Positions 16,263-24,791 of a DNA stretch of 27,662 bases are shown here, one piece after another. Every line of letters starts with the position of its first letter. Within the stretch, counting starts at the first letter, position 1. This stretch comes from an uncultured Candidatus Saccharibacteria bacterium (GTDB lineage Bacteria; Patescibacteriota; Dojkabacteria; SC72): contig CAZCMQ010000003.1 of assembly GCA_964500025.1 (NCBI GenBank), positions 1-27,662 on the forward strand, written 5' to 3'. Under the pieces are notes generated by a model, which worked only from the letters and a program-made list of their open reading frames with translations, was not told the DNA's origin and searched no databases. Made by a program: the position numbers and the translations under genes.

Positions 16263-17537
16263 TCACCTTAACTGTTCTTCAATCTCCAACAATCTATTAT
16301 ACTTTGCAACTCTTTCACCTCTACTTGTAGCGCCAAACTTGCTTTGGTTTGCATAGGTCCCAACAACCAAATCAGCAATCATATCATCATTAGTCTCTCC
16401 GCCTCTGTGGGAGATAATTGCACTAAATCCTGCATCTTCTGCCATTTTAATTGCATCCAGTGTCTCAGAAACTGTACCTATCTGGTTTAACTTTATTAAA
16501 ACAGAATTTACTGCCGCCAAATCAATCGATTTTTGGATTCTTCCTACATTAGTTGTCAAAAGGTCGTCACCTACAATCTGATATTCATTGCCATAGTGAT
16601 TAACAAATGTTTTCCAGGCATCCCAGTCTTCTTGATCAAAAGGATCTTCGATAGATTCAACTGAATACTCTGAGTACCACTTGACTTGCTGTTTTAACCA
16701 TTGATCTGCACTGAAAACTTTTTCTTCGCTTATGAGCTTGTACTGTTTTTTCTTCTCATCATAAAATTCTGAAGAGGCAACGTCTAAAGCCAATGTGAAA
16801 TCTTTCCCTAGTTTATAGCCTGCTATCTCAATTCCTTCTACAATAATATCTAGCGCTTCTTTATTAGACTTCATCTCCTTTGGTGCGAATGCACCTTCAA
16901 ACCCCACTGTAACTGAATACTTCTTTTTCACAAGGATGTCATGTATGGCATGTGAAATTTCTGCACCCGCCCTTATCTTTTCAGCAAGGCTAGAAAATCT
17001 TTCAGCTTTTGGCATTACCATATATTCCTGGATATCGGTTGCCCAATCCCCGTGAGCTCCACCCTCCATGACAAGAATTTGAGGTGTTGGTAGTTTTAAA
17101 TCATCTTTTGTGAAATTGTCATTGTAGTAGATTTTTGCAAAATATTCATACAAGGGAATTCCCATACTTTTAGCCATTGCCCTGCAGAATGCCATTGATA
17201 CCGAGAGGATTGCATTCCCTCCTAAATTGGATTTGTATGGAGTACCATCGGAATTAATGAGTAAAGTATCCAAGTCTTTAACAGTTTGAAAATCTCTCCC
17301 AAATACAATTTGAGTTATCTCCTTGTTCACACTATCAACCGCTTTCAAGACACCATTCCCGTTGTACCGACTTTTATCCCCGTCCCTTAGCTCTAAAACT
17401 TCTGTTTTTCCTGTAGAAGCACCGGATGGCACTTCACCTTTAGCAATGGTGCCATCAAAAAGTTCAATGGTTGTTGAAACAGTAGGGCGTCCTCTTGAGT
17501 CTAATATTTCTCTTGCATTAATTCTTCTAATTTTCAT
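16263..17537 (-). CDS. eno: enolase (phosphopyruvate hydratase)
   Basis: Has the enolase motifs GASTGKTEVLELRDGD and SHRGGETNDD. At 424 aa it is colinear with known enolases. Confidence 0.95.
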   Translation of the reverse strand: MKIRRINAREILDSRGRPTVSTTIELFDGTIAKGEVPSGASTGKTEVLELRDGDKSRYNGNGVLKAVDSVNKEITQIVFGRDFQTVKDLDTLLINSDGTPYKSNLGGNAILSVSMAFCRAMAKSMGIPLYEYFAKIYYNDNFTKDDLKLPTPQILVMEGGAHGDWATDIQEYMVMPKAERFSSLAEKIRAGAEISHAIHDILVKKKYSVTVGFEGAFAPKEMKSNKEALDIIVEGIEIAGYKLGKDFTLALDVASSEFYDEKKKQYKLISEEKVFSADQWLKQQVKWYSEYSVESIEDPFDQEDWDAWKTFVNHYGNEYQIVGDDLLTTNVGRIQKSIDLAAVNSVLIKLNQIGTVSETLDAIKMAEDAGFSAIISHRGGETNDDMIADLVVGTYANQSKFGATSRGERVAKYNRLLEIEEQLR

Positions 17538-17553
17538 CGGGCAGTCAGGTCTA

Positions 17554-18414
17554 TTATCTGTTTAGATCAAGCAGTAATGATGAACTATCGCCTGTCATAA
17601 CTTCAGGTAGAATCCCATTCCACTTTTCAATGTAAAGCTTTTGAATGAGCTCTTTACTTAAGGTCTGCTGCTGCAATCTCTGTGCTGCCGCTTCACCTTC
17701 TGCTCGCGTAATCAAAGCCTGCTTTTTGAATTCCTCCTGTTGAGCTCTGTACTCCTCAGTTGTAATCCTTTCTTTTTCAATCTGCTTCTGTTCAACTGTT
17801 GCAATATATTCGTCTTGGAAGATGATGGACCTTATTCCAAACTCATCAAGAATTATTCCATTATCCTTGAATCTTGGTGCAAGTTTCTCTGAAATCTCTT
17901 CTGATACTTCTTGGATATTACCGCTGTAAAGGTCGATTGCTTCGTAGTTTCTAGTTAAACTTCTAACCCAGATTCTTGAGTCAGTTTTAACAATCTTTTC
18001 TACTGCTTCAAACTCAGTTCCTAAAGTTTCTGCTACCTGCATTACTTTATCTGGATCAATTGAGAATCTTACTGTATATCTTAATGAAATTTGCTGACCG
18101 TCTTTTGTAGTTGTATCTACTGCAAAGTCTTGGTAGTCGGCATTTGATTCGTTATTGTTATACAAATCAGATGAGAGAGTTTCGTAAATGATTTTCTGTG
18201 TTCTATAAACAAGTACTTTATCCACCAATGGGATTTTTACATGTAGTCCTGGTTTTACTGGTTGTCCAACAATTCTTCCAAATCTGGTGACTACACCTAC
18301 TGTTCCGTATCTAACTGTGTAGACGGTTGAGAAGAAGAGTATTAAACCTACTAGTGCAAGTAGAGCGAACATTATTCTCCTGCCGCTGAAAATATTTGAG
18401 AGAGGATTTGCCAT
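17554..18414 (-). CDS. SPFH/band-7 domain membrane protein (HflC/prohibitin-like)
   Basis: N-terminal TM (IMFALLALVGLILFF), then a YTVRYGTVGVVTRFGRIVGQPVKPGLHVKIPLVDKV SPFH core and a C-terminal coiled coil. Lies 16 bp downstream of eno. Confidence 0.8.
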   Translation of the reverse strand: MANPLSNIFSGRRIMFALLALVGLILFFSTVYTVRYGTVGVVTRFGRIVGQPVKPGLHVKIPLVDKVLVYRTQKIIYETLSSDLYNNNESNADYQDFAVDTTTKDGQQISLRYTVRFSIDPDKVMQVAETLGTEFEAVEKIVKTDSRIWVRSLTRNYEAIDLYSGNIQEVSEEISEKLAPRFKDNGIILDEFGIRSIIFQDEYIATVEQKQIEKERITTEEYRAQQEEFKKQALITRAEGEAAAQRLQQQTLSKELIQKLYIEKWNGILPEVMTGDSSSLLLDLNR

Positions 18415-18495
18415 CGTTATTTGTATAAACTTAAACAGTATATTTTTGCATTTAACTGTCTCAGTTGCAAGATTTCCTTTGTGATATAATTAATT

Positions 18496-18939
18496 ATGCC
18501 AGGTGTAGAAACAATTTTGACGTTTAAAGCAGTTATTCTCCATAAATTGAAGATTCTCTTGGTTAAAAGGTCTGGCGAGGGTTATTTTGCACCAGATAAG
18601 TGGGAGTTTCCTGGCGGAAAGCTTAAGGTAGGAGAGAGGGTTGAAGATGTTTTAGAGAAGGAGGTTTTTGAAGAAACTGGTTTAACTGTTTCACTTCTGA
18701 GCAAGTTAGGATATATGCAAACTGAAACTGCCGATAATCCCAAGTATAAAGGATTACCTGTGATTAGAGTCTATATGCTAGCAAAGTCCGAATCAGATCG
18801 AGTTAAGCTTAGTAAGGAGCATACAGACAGTAAGTGGGTTTTACTTTCAGAAGCATATCAATACGATTTGAGTGATCAGACTAGAAAAGCATTGCAGATT
18901 TTGGAGGAGGGTGTAAAGACACAGTTATGGAGGCAGTAG
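18496..18939 (+). CDS. NUDIX hydrolase
   Basis: Nudix box GGKLKVGERVEDVLEKEVFEETGL (Gx5Ex7REUxEExGU). An extended -10 (TGTGATATAAT, 18480-18490) lies 5 nt upstream of the ATG. Confidence 0.85.
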   Translation: MPGVETILTFKAVILHKLKILLVKRSGEGYFAPDKWEFPGGKLKVGERVEDVLEKEVFEETGLTVSLLSKLGYMQTETADNPKYKGLPVIRVYMLAKSESDRVKLSKEHTDSKWVLLSEAYQYDLSDQTRKALQILEEGVKTQLWRQ

Positions 18940-18980
18940 TTTAACTATTTGCTTATATTTGGTAAACTTGTGCACATTCA

Positions 18981-19064
18981 GCCGAGGTGGCGAAATTGGC
19001 AGACGCACTACCTTGAGGTGGTAGCGGGAGCAATCCTTTGCAGGTTCAAGTCCTGTCCTCGGCA
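18981..19064 (+). tRNA. tRNA-Leu (anticodon GAG), class II with long variable arm; CCA not encoded
   Basis: Acceptor GCCGAGG/CCTCGGC, 3-bp D-stem GCG/CGC with long D-loop, anticodon stem CTACC/GGTAG with loop TTGAGGT, long variable arm, T-arm GCAGG-TTCAAGT-CCTGT, discriminator A. Confidence 0.85.
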
Positions 19065-19078
19065 GATATAATTGATCT

Positions 19079-19537
19079 CTACACCTCCAAATCTTTGATA
19101 ATTATTTTCTTCATCTTCATCATATTTGCAAATGCTTTAGGATTTTGGACAATGTCATCAATTGCTTCTGGTGCTACCTGCCAACTAAGTCCATACTTAT
19201 CTTTTAACCAACCGCATACACTCTCCTGACCGCCTTCTTTTGTTAGCTCCTCCCAGTAATAGTCGATTTCTTCTTGGTCTTTACATTCAATAAGGAGGGA
19301 AATTGCTTCTGTAAAGCTAAATTCTGGTCCAGCATTGATAGCGATAAATTTCTGTCCAAGTAATTCAAACTCAATAGTGAGAACTTTCCCTGCCAAATGC
19401 TTTTGGAAATCTTCAAGTCCTTCCATTGGGTAATAATGGGTTTTAAGTATTTTGGAGTCTTTAAATACTTTGAGGTAAAAGCTGACTGCTTCCTCAGCGT
19501 TGCCATTGAACCACAAATTTGTAATTATTTTTTGCAT
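19079..19537 (-). CDS. PhnB-like / VOC (glyoxalase) family protein (3-demethylubiquinone-9 3-methyltransferase-like domain)
   Basis: LWFNGNAEEAVSFY ... THYYP ... CGWLKDKYGLSWQV motifs, characteristic of the PhnB/DUF1428-type VOC fold. Confidence 0.7.
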   Translation of the reverse strand: MQKIITNLWFNGNAEEAVSFYLKVFKDSKILKTHYYPMEGLEDFQKHLAGKVLTIEFELLGQKFIAINAGPEFSFTEAISLLIECKDQEEIDYYWEELTKEGGQESVCGWLKDKYGLSWQVAPEAIDDIVQNPKAFANMMKMKKIIIKDLEV

Positions 19538-19718
19538 AAAATCATTGTATCATTCTGACATTGGATATCAACTTTTACTGAGGAGACATTTGGTGTTGTA
19601 TAATGTGCTATCTCTAATGATTTAAGCCCTAACTATATTTCAAGTACCACAAAGAATATTTAAAGTTTCTATACTAATTGGAGTTTTAAGTACTCTACCT
19701 TTTGTCATTCTTGAAGCA

Positions 19719-19955
19719 GTGTACACCTCTGGTTTCTCCCAGTCAGGTTTCCCGGCAGCATTTCCATACATGTTCTTATTATCTACCATCTTTACTTTTA
19801 CATTATTCTCCACTATTAGAGGGATAAAAGAGAAAACAGATGGGCAAACTTTATTAATTATTCTTTGCACGGTTTTAGTACTCTTCCTTGGTTCCCACTG
19901 GGTTTATTTCGTAATTGATCAGTGGCCGTGTTTTCTTGGTGCAACTGGTTGTTGA
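19719..19955 (+). CDS. possible small membrane protein (two hydrophobic segments); low confidence. It overlaps an antisense ORF, 19640..19870, so only one of the two is likely real.
   Basis: 78-aa ORF with the hydrophobic stretches FPYMFLLSTIFTFTLF and LLIILCTVLVLFLG. No homology evidence. Confidence 0.2.
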   Translation: MYTSGFSQSGFPAAFPYMFLLSTIFTFTLFSTIRGIKEKTDGQTLLIILCTVLVLFLGSHWVYFVIDQWPCFLGATGC

Positions 19956-20025
19956 GGATACATCAATTTTATTATGAAGGGGTATTTTCTCATTTGAGTT
20001 TTTAAGGTAAAATATGAACTACTCT

Positions 20026-20102
20026 GGACGATTAGCTCAGCTGGTTAGAGCATCTCGTTTACACCGAGAGGGTCGCAGGTTCGAATCCTGCATCGTCCAC
20101 CA
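20026..20102 (+). tRNA. tRNA-Val (anticodon TAC), CCA encoded
   Basis: Perfect acceptor GGACGAT/ATCGTCC, D-arm GCTC-AGCTGGTTA-GAGC, anticodon stem TCTCG/CGAGA with loop TTTACAC, T-arm GCAGG-TTCGAAT-CCTGC, discriminator A, then CCA. Confidence 0.9.
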
Positions 20103-20153
20103 TTGAGTTTTTCACTTCTGCCTTAAAACAATTTTGTATAATAATCTATTTTT

Positions 20154-21083
20154 ATGAGCGAGTATTTTGGTCGAGGCAATGGTTCTCTTGATGGAGAGGG
20201 AAGGAAGAACGATTTAACAGCTGAAATTAACGCTTCAATTGCTCGACTTGCCCCTGGATTTATTGCGTCTCATTTGCACAAGCAAGACGTTGGTGATGGT
20301 TTGCCAGGATATCAATGTACATTAGTTGATGAATCAAGAGGAGTTGCAATTTCTCTAGCTCTTAGTAATGAGGATTTCAAAGATCTTAGCACACTTCCAT
20401 TTGCAGACCTTACTGATCCAATTACTACGGCAGTTGATGGTACTGCATTGACATTACAAAAGACAATTATTGGCCACTTCCCAAATACACTCCCATATCA
20501 AACTAAAATTCGTTTAGTTATAGCTAACGGAGAGATATTTTATGATACATACGAAAACTCACAGGGTCTTTTGCATGGCAGAACCTTATTTACAGATGGA
20601 ATAAAAAGGCTAGGAGGCTTAATCTCCAATACAAATTTTGAACTAGAAATTCTTAAATCTACTTCAAACATCCTCTTTGAAATAAATAGAATGTTGAATG
20701 ATGCCTTACTGAGTTGGGATGATCTATCCAGTATTTCTGATGAGCACGCATCAATTCTTTCTGAGTATGGGTTATTGGATATACTCAAGCTAAAGTTGGG
20801 AAAAGATTTGGGCGGGATAATAGATTGGAGTAAGATGCAAACAATGTGCATAAAATTTGTGGGCACGGATGGATGGGATAACGAATACCTTCTTTTAACA
20901 AGAATCCCTGTCAATGGAGAATACAAAATCGGCGCATATAGAATATCTCCTTCGCTTACGAATGTATTAGTTGTAGGTGATAATACAATATTTGTTGATA
21001 AAGAAGCGTTCTCTATAGTGACGGATTTGGCAGAATCTCTCTATGAAGATAAGGATGTCGCGCTGAGAGTTAATGTCTACTAG
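20154..21083 (+). CDS. hypothetical protein, 309 aa, immediately upstream of RuBisCO
   Basis: Long ORF with no motif I can assign. Lies 69 bp upstream of the RuBisCO gene on the same strand. A -10-like TGTATAAT sits 13 nt before the ATG. Confidence 0.5.
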   Translation: MSEYFGRGNGSLDGEGRKNDLTAEINASIARLAPGFIASHLHKQDVGDGLPGYQCTLVDESRGVAISLALSNEDFKDLSTLPFADLTDPITTAVDGTALTLQKTIIGHFPNTLPYQTKIRLVIANGEIFYDTYENSQGLLHGRTLFTDGIKRLGGLISNTNFELEILKSTSNILFEINRMLNDALLSWDDLSSISDEHASILSEYGLLDILKLKLGKDLGGIIDWSKMQTMCIKFVGTDGWDNEYLLLTRIPVNGEYKIGAYRISPSLTNVLVVGDNTIFVDKEAFSIVTDLAESLYEDKDVALRVNVY

Positions 21084-21152
21084 TCTTTTACTCCTTGTAA
21101 TTTCCTCATTGAGATAGTATCGTATAATCGATTTACTTAACCTGCCCATACA

Positions 21153-22685
21153 ATGCAAGAGCAATATCTAAGTCTTGGTAACAAGGATGTCCTAAACGGA
21201 CAATACCTGCTAGCCGTATTCAAAATAGTACCTTATGGTGATGAATCAATAGAAAGTGCTGCAACCGAAGCAGCTGCAGAATCTTCTACTGGATCAAACC
21301 TAAAAGTTTCTTCAGCAACAAACTACTCAATGAATATTGATGCGCTTGTATATGATATAGATAAAGAGAGGAGCCTTGTCTATATAGCATACCCATGGAT
21401 TATGTTTGATAGAGGTGGGAATATTCAAAACATCCTTACCTTCCTTGCTGGAAATGTTTTTGGAATGAGTAACCTTAAAGAGTGTAAGCTTCTTGATGTT
21501 TGGTTCCCACCACAGATGCTTGTGCAGTACGATGGACCAAGTTACACCCTCGATGACATGAGAAGATATCTTGATGTATACGACAGACCAATTCTAGGAA
21601 CAATCATTAAACCTAAAATCGGACTAACTTCAACAGAGTATGCTGAACTTTGCTACGATTTCTGGGTTGGAGGCGGTGATTTTGTAAAAAATGACGAACC
21701 TCAGGCTGATCAGTTCTTTTCTCCATTTGAAAAAATGGTTGATAGTGTAAGAGAGGCAATGGACAAAGCCGAAAAAGAAACAGGACGAACTAAGGTTCAC
21801 TCATTTAATGTTTCTGCAGCAGACTTGGAAACTATGGTTAGGAGAGCAAGGTATGTTGTGCAGACAATGAAGCCTGGTAGTGCATCTCTTTTAATTGATG
21901 GAATCACTGCAGGTTGGAGTGCTGTACAGACACTGAGAAGAAATTTCCCTAATACCTTTATTCACTTCCACAGGGCAGGGCATGGTGGATTTACAAGAAA
22001 AGAAAACCCAATAGGATATACAGTTCCCGTAATGACGAAGTTTGCCAGACTTGCCGGTGCATCGGGTGTGCATACTGGTACAGCGGGTGTTGGAAAAATG
22101 TCAGGAGATGCCCATGAGGATATCACAGCAGCACATCAGGCCCTTAGATTCTGTGCAGATGGATGGTATTTTAGGCAAGTATGGTCAGAAGTTCCATCAA
22201 GAGACACAAATATTCAGGAAATGATTTCTAAAGAGAAAAAAGTTTGGGAGATGGGTGCTAGAGAACTTGCTAAAATGAGAAGGACTAAAGCTCTTAGTGC
22301 AGAGGGGCTTGAAGAACATACTAACTGGAGAGTAATTCCAAAAATGTCTCCAATTGTTTCTGGTGGGATCAACCCAGTATTACTTCCAGAGTTCTTAGAT
22401 GTAATGAAATCAATTGACTTTATAATTACAATGGGTGCTGGGGTTCACTCACACCCAATGGGAACTACTTCTGGTGTGAAAGCAGTTTTACAAGCGTATG
22501 AGGCATGGTTGGAAAACGTACCACTTGAGGAGTTTGCACGTGATAAAGAGGAATTGAGAGTTGCGGTTGAATTTTACAACAAGTACGGAACTCAAGCTCA
22601 TAAAATGAAAAGTGATAGTTCTCAGGTAGAAAATCAAAACACTAGTGGTGAGGTTACTTCACCAATTGAAGATCCTACGCTTTAG
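21153..22685 (+). CDS. rbcL: ribulose-1,5-bisphosphate carboxylase/oxygenase large subunit, form II/III-like (as described in CPR bacteria and archaea)
   Basis: Alignable with RbcL throughout: AAESSTGS, GNVFG, IIKPKIGLTSTEY (K175/K177), GGGDFVKNDE (K201 carbamate site plus D/E Mg ligands), HFHRAGH (H294), HTGTAGVGKMSGD (K334), PIVSGGINP (S379-G-G), MGAGVHSHPMGT (G403/G404). It has a ~25-aa insertion before the SGG loop and a ~30-aa C-terminal tail. Confidence 0.9.
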   Translation: MQEQYLSLGNKDVLNGQYLLAVFKIVPYGDESIESAATEAAAESSTGSNLKVSSATNYSMNIDALVYDIDKERSLVYIAYPWIMFDRGGNIQNILTFLAGNVFGMSNLKECKLLDVWFPPQMLVQYDGPSYTLDDMRRYLDVYDRPILGTIIKPKIGLTSTEYAELCYDFWVGGGDFVKNDEPQADQFFSPFEKMVDSVREAMDKAEKETGRTKVHSFNVSAADLETMVRRARYVVQTMKPGSASLLIDGITAGWSAVQTLRRNFPNTFIHFHRAGHGGFTRKENPIGYTVPVMTKFARLAGASGVHTGTAGVGKMSGDAHEDITAAHQALRFCADGWYFRQVWSEVPSRDTNIQEMISKEKKVWEMGARELAKMRRTKALSAEGLEEHTNWRVIPKMSPIVSGGINPVLLPEFLDVMKSIDFIITMGAGVHSHPMGTTSGVKAVLQAYEAWLENVPLEEFARDKEELRVAVEFYNKYGTQAHKMKSDSSQVENQNTSGEVTSPIEDPTL

Positions 22686-23151
22686 AAACGAGAGGTTTGA
22701 CTTTAGAGGTACAGAACCCACACTTTGTAGCTTTTGTTGAAATTTCCATATAGCAGTACGGGCACTTTCTTGTAGGCTTTGTCTTTTTCTCACTTTGTTC
22801 CTTTTTAGCGAGAGCCTGTTGGAATTTGTATACAAAGAAAAAGATTGCAAGAGCTGTGATTAAGAAAACAATTAATTCTGTTATGAAATTTCCGTATTTA
22901 ATAACAACTGCACCGGCTGCTTCTGCCTCAGCCAGAGAGTCATATTGTGTTCTTCCTAAAACAAAATAAAGATTGGAAAAGTCAACTCTTTGGGTAAAGA
23001 AGTTGATAGGTGGGAGAATAATATCTTTAACTAGAGAGTCCATTACTGTTTTAAATGCAGTACCTATTAAAACACCGATTGCGAGAGTAATGGCATCGCC
23101 CTTAACTGCAAACTCTTTAAATTCCTTTATAACTTTTCTTATTCCACTCAT
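22675..23151 (-). CDS. mscL: large-conductance mechanosensitive channel MscL with a C-terminal CxxC...CxxC zinc-ribbon extension
   Basis: N-terminus KEFKEFAVKGDAITLAIGVLIGTAFKTVMDSLVKDIILPPI (the MscL TM1 and periplasmic loop signature), a second TM, then a C-terminal KCPYCYMEISTKATKCGFC tail. 158 aa compared with roughly 136 typical. Confidence 0.85.
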   Translation of the reverse strand: MSGIRKVIKEFKEFAVKGDAITLAIGVLIGTAFKTVMDSLVKDIILPPINFFTQRVDFSNLYFVLGRTQYDSLAEAEAAGAVVIKYGNFITELIVFLITALAIFFFVYKFQQALAKKEQSEKKTKPTRKCPYCYMEISTKATKCGFCTSKVKPLVSKA

Positions 23152-23187
23152 TTGAATATTTTACCACAATGGTATAATGAAATTATT

Positions 23188-24030
23188 ATGAGAATTCTAA
23201 CAAACTATCTTAAAACTGCAATACTTCTAGCTGGTCTTACAGCCCTATTTATCACTCTTGGATACTACTTTTTGGGTGAAGATAGCATAGTTGCGGTTAT
23301 AATCTTTTCACTGTTGTTTAATTTTATTGCATACTTCTTCAGCGATAAAATTGCCCTTTCTGCATCAGGTGCTAGAGAGTTAAAAAAGGACGAACTTCCT
23401 TGGTTGCACAAAGAGGTCAAAGAGCTTTCTAAAAAAATGGATATCCCTGTTCCAAGGCTTTATGTCTCAGAGACATCTCAAGCAAATGCTTTTGCGACAG
23501 GAAGAAATCCTAAAAATGGAGTAGTGTGTGTTACTGCGGGATTAGTTAATAGTTTGGATAAAAATCAGGTTATGGGAGTTGTTGCCCACGAGCTGGCACA
23601 TATTAAAAATAGGGATGTGTTAATAGCAACAATTGCTGCTGTTGTTGCAGGTGCAATATCAAGTTTGACTAGAATTATGTATTGGGGAGGTGGTAGCAGG
23701 AGGCGTGAAAATAATGGAAATGGATTATTAATGCTTCTTGCCCTTATTCTTTCTCCAATAGTTGCTATGCTTTTGCAATTTGCTGTCTCTCGATCTAGGG
23801 AATACTCAGCTGATGAAACTGCGGCCCAATATACTGGAAGGCCAGAAGACTTGGCAAGTGCACTTGTTGCAATAGAGGGGAGTGTAAAGGTGAAGCCAAT
23901 GGATCTTAACCCAGCTTTCGCTTCTTTGTATATTCAAAATCCAATTAATGCAAGAGGTGTTATGGAACTTTTCTCGACACATCCTTTGACTGAGAAAAGG
24001 GTGCAGAAATTACTTAGTCTAGTCAGGTAG
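23188..24030 (+). CDS. htpX: HtpX-like M48 zinc metalloprotease
   Basis: HEXXH (VVAHELAHIKNRD), a downstream EYSADE third ligand, and four TM segments. The start is taken at ATG 23188 (MRILTNYLKTAILLAGL, matching HtpX N-termini) rather than the TTG at 23152. TGGTATAAT lies 9 nt upstream. Confidence 0.85.
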   Translation: MRILTNYLKTAILLAGLTALFITLGYYFLGEDSIVAVIIFSLLFNFIAYFFSDKIALSASGARELKKDELPWLHKEVKELSKKMDIPVPRLYVSETSQANAFATGRNPKNGVVCVTAGLVNSLDKNQVMGVVAHELAHIKNRDVLIATIAAVVAGAISSLTRIMYWGGGSRRRENNGNGLLMLLALILSPIVAMLLQFAVSRSREYSADETAAQYTGRPEDLASALVAIEGSVKVKPMDLNPAFASLYIQNPINARGVMELFSTHPLTEKRVQKLLSLVR

Positions 24031-24034
24031 GAAC

Positions 24035-24613
24035 TCATGCAAACACTGCAGCCTCAAGCCTTCCAAGACGGTTGTCTATTTTATCAAGTTGTATTGTAAG
24101 CTCTGTTTCTAGGTGGCGATTTATTCCAACTGCAACATCTTGTAGGGATCCGAGATTCTTTTTTAAGTTAGATGCTTCTTGAGATATTTTTTCAACCTTC
24201 TCTTCTACAATATCCAACCTAAGCAAAACGTTTGTCATATTTGCATCAAGCCTTGTTAGCGTTTCTGAGTGCTCTTCTAGTTTACTGTTTATGTTTCCTA
24301 GCATGGTGTTTATATTTCCTAGTTTCTTGTCTTGTTTAGTGTTCATATTTCCTAGCTCTTTGTCTAGTTTGGCGTTCATATTTCCCAGCTCTTTGTCTAG
24401 TTTGGCATTCATGTTTCCCAGTTCCTTGTCTAGTTTGGCGCTCATATTTCCCAGTTCCTTGTCTAGTCTTGAGTTCACATCCTCGAACCGATCATCTAAT
24501 CTTTTATTGATAGCTCCTATTTCAATATCCAATTTTTCTAGAATTGAATGCTTGACCTCGAGTATACCCTTGAGTAGATTTTGTTCTACTTTTCTATTCA
24601 TATTTTTGATCAT
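24035..24613 (-). CDS. coiled-coil protein composed almost entirely of 11-residue (hendecad) repeats [KR]LDxELGNMNx
   Basis: 192 aa. At least 15 consecutive 11-mers, e.g. KLDKELGNMNA three times nearly identical, with flanking degenerate units (RLDDRFEDVNS, RLDANMTNVLL, RLDIVEEKVEK). No TM segment. Confidence 0.6.
   Translation of the reverse strand: MIKNMNRKVEQNLLKGILEVKHSILEKLDIEIGAINKRLDDRFEDVNSRLDKELGNMSAKLDKELGNMNAKLDKELGNMNAKLDKELGNMNTKQDKKLGNINTMLGNINSKLEEHSETLTRLDANMTNVLLRLDIVEEKVEKISQEASNLKKNLGSLQDVAVGINRHLETELTIQLDKIDNRLGRLEAAVFA
24287..24472. repeat. 33-bp tandem direct repeats (about 5-6 units, the central ones near-identical) that encode the hendecad protein repeats
   Basis: Units at 24341-24373, 24374-24406, 24407-24439 and 24440-24472 (consensus GTTCATATTTCCCAGCTCTTTGTCTAGTTTGGC), plus degenerate upstream copies from about 24287. 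Confidence 0.85.
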
Positions 24614-24791
24614 AAATTTATATATAAATATTGTAAAGGATGAAAATTAAATCCGTATGAACTGGGATCTTTTGCTAATCTATTTAGGCTGTAGTTTGGT
24701 ATATCCCCGGTACTTAAAGGGAAAGTGGCTTTTATGAAAGTCTACATTGTTTGGTGTATAATCACTCATCTAAACTGTTCATGTCTTTTTA

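Noticed and set aside
19640-19870. 76-aa minus-strand ORF
   Set aside because: It overlaps the equally weak plus-strand ORF 19719..19955 and neither has homology support. It could conceivably be a real small gene, but the evidence is insufficient.
20154-21083. Upstream partner of RuBisCO as ribose-1,5-bisphosphate isomerase or AMP phosphorylase
   Set aside because: No eIF2B/MtnA-family motifs and no glycosyltransferase/pyrimidine-phosphorylase motifs are visible. Its size and sequence do not fit either family.
23152-23187. TTG-initiated 12-codon extension of htpX
   Set aside because: The ATG at 23188 gives an N-terminus matching HtpX (MRILTNYL...) and is preceded by TGGTATAAT at promoter distance. 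The TTG start would sit on top of the divergent mscL start codon.
24287-24472. Possible CRISPR array
   Set aside because: The repeats are directly abutting with no spacers, the unit is 33 bp in phase with codons, and they lie inside an ORF. They are coding tandem repeats, not a CRISPR array.
24291-24650. 119-aa plus-strand ORF rich in the FIFPSSLSSLA repeat
   Set aside because: It is the antisense reading of the 33-bp tandem repeats. The repeat periodicity keeps any frame open. The minus-strand hendecad protein has a proper start, a stop, and non-repetitive N- and C-termini.
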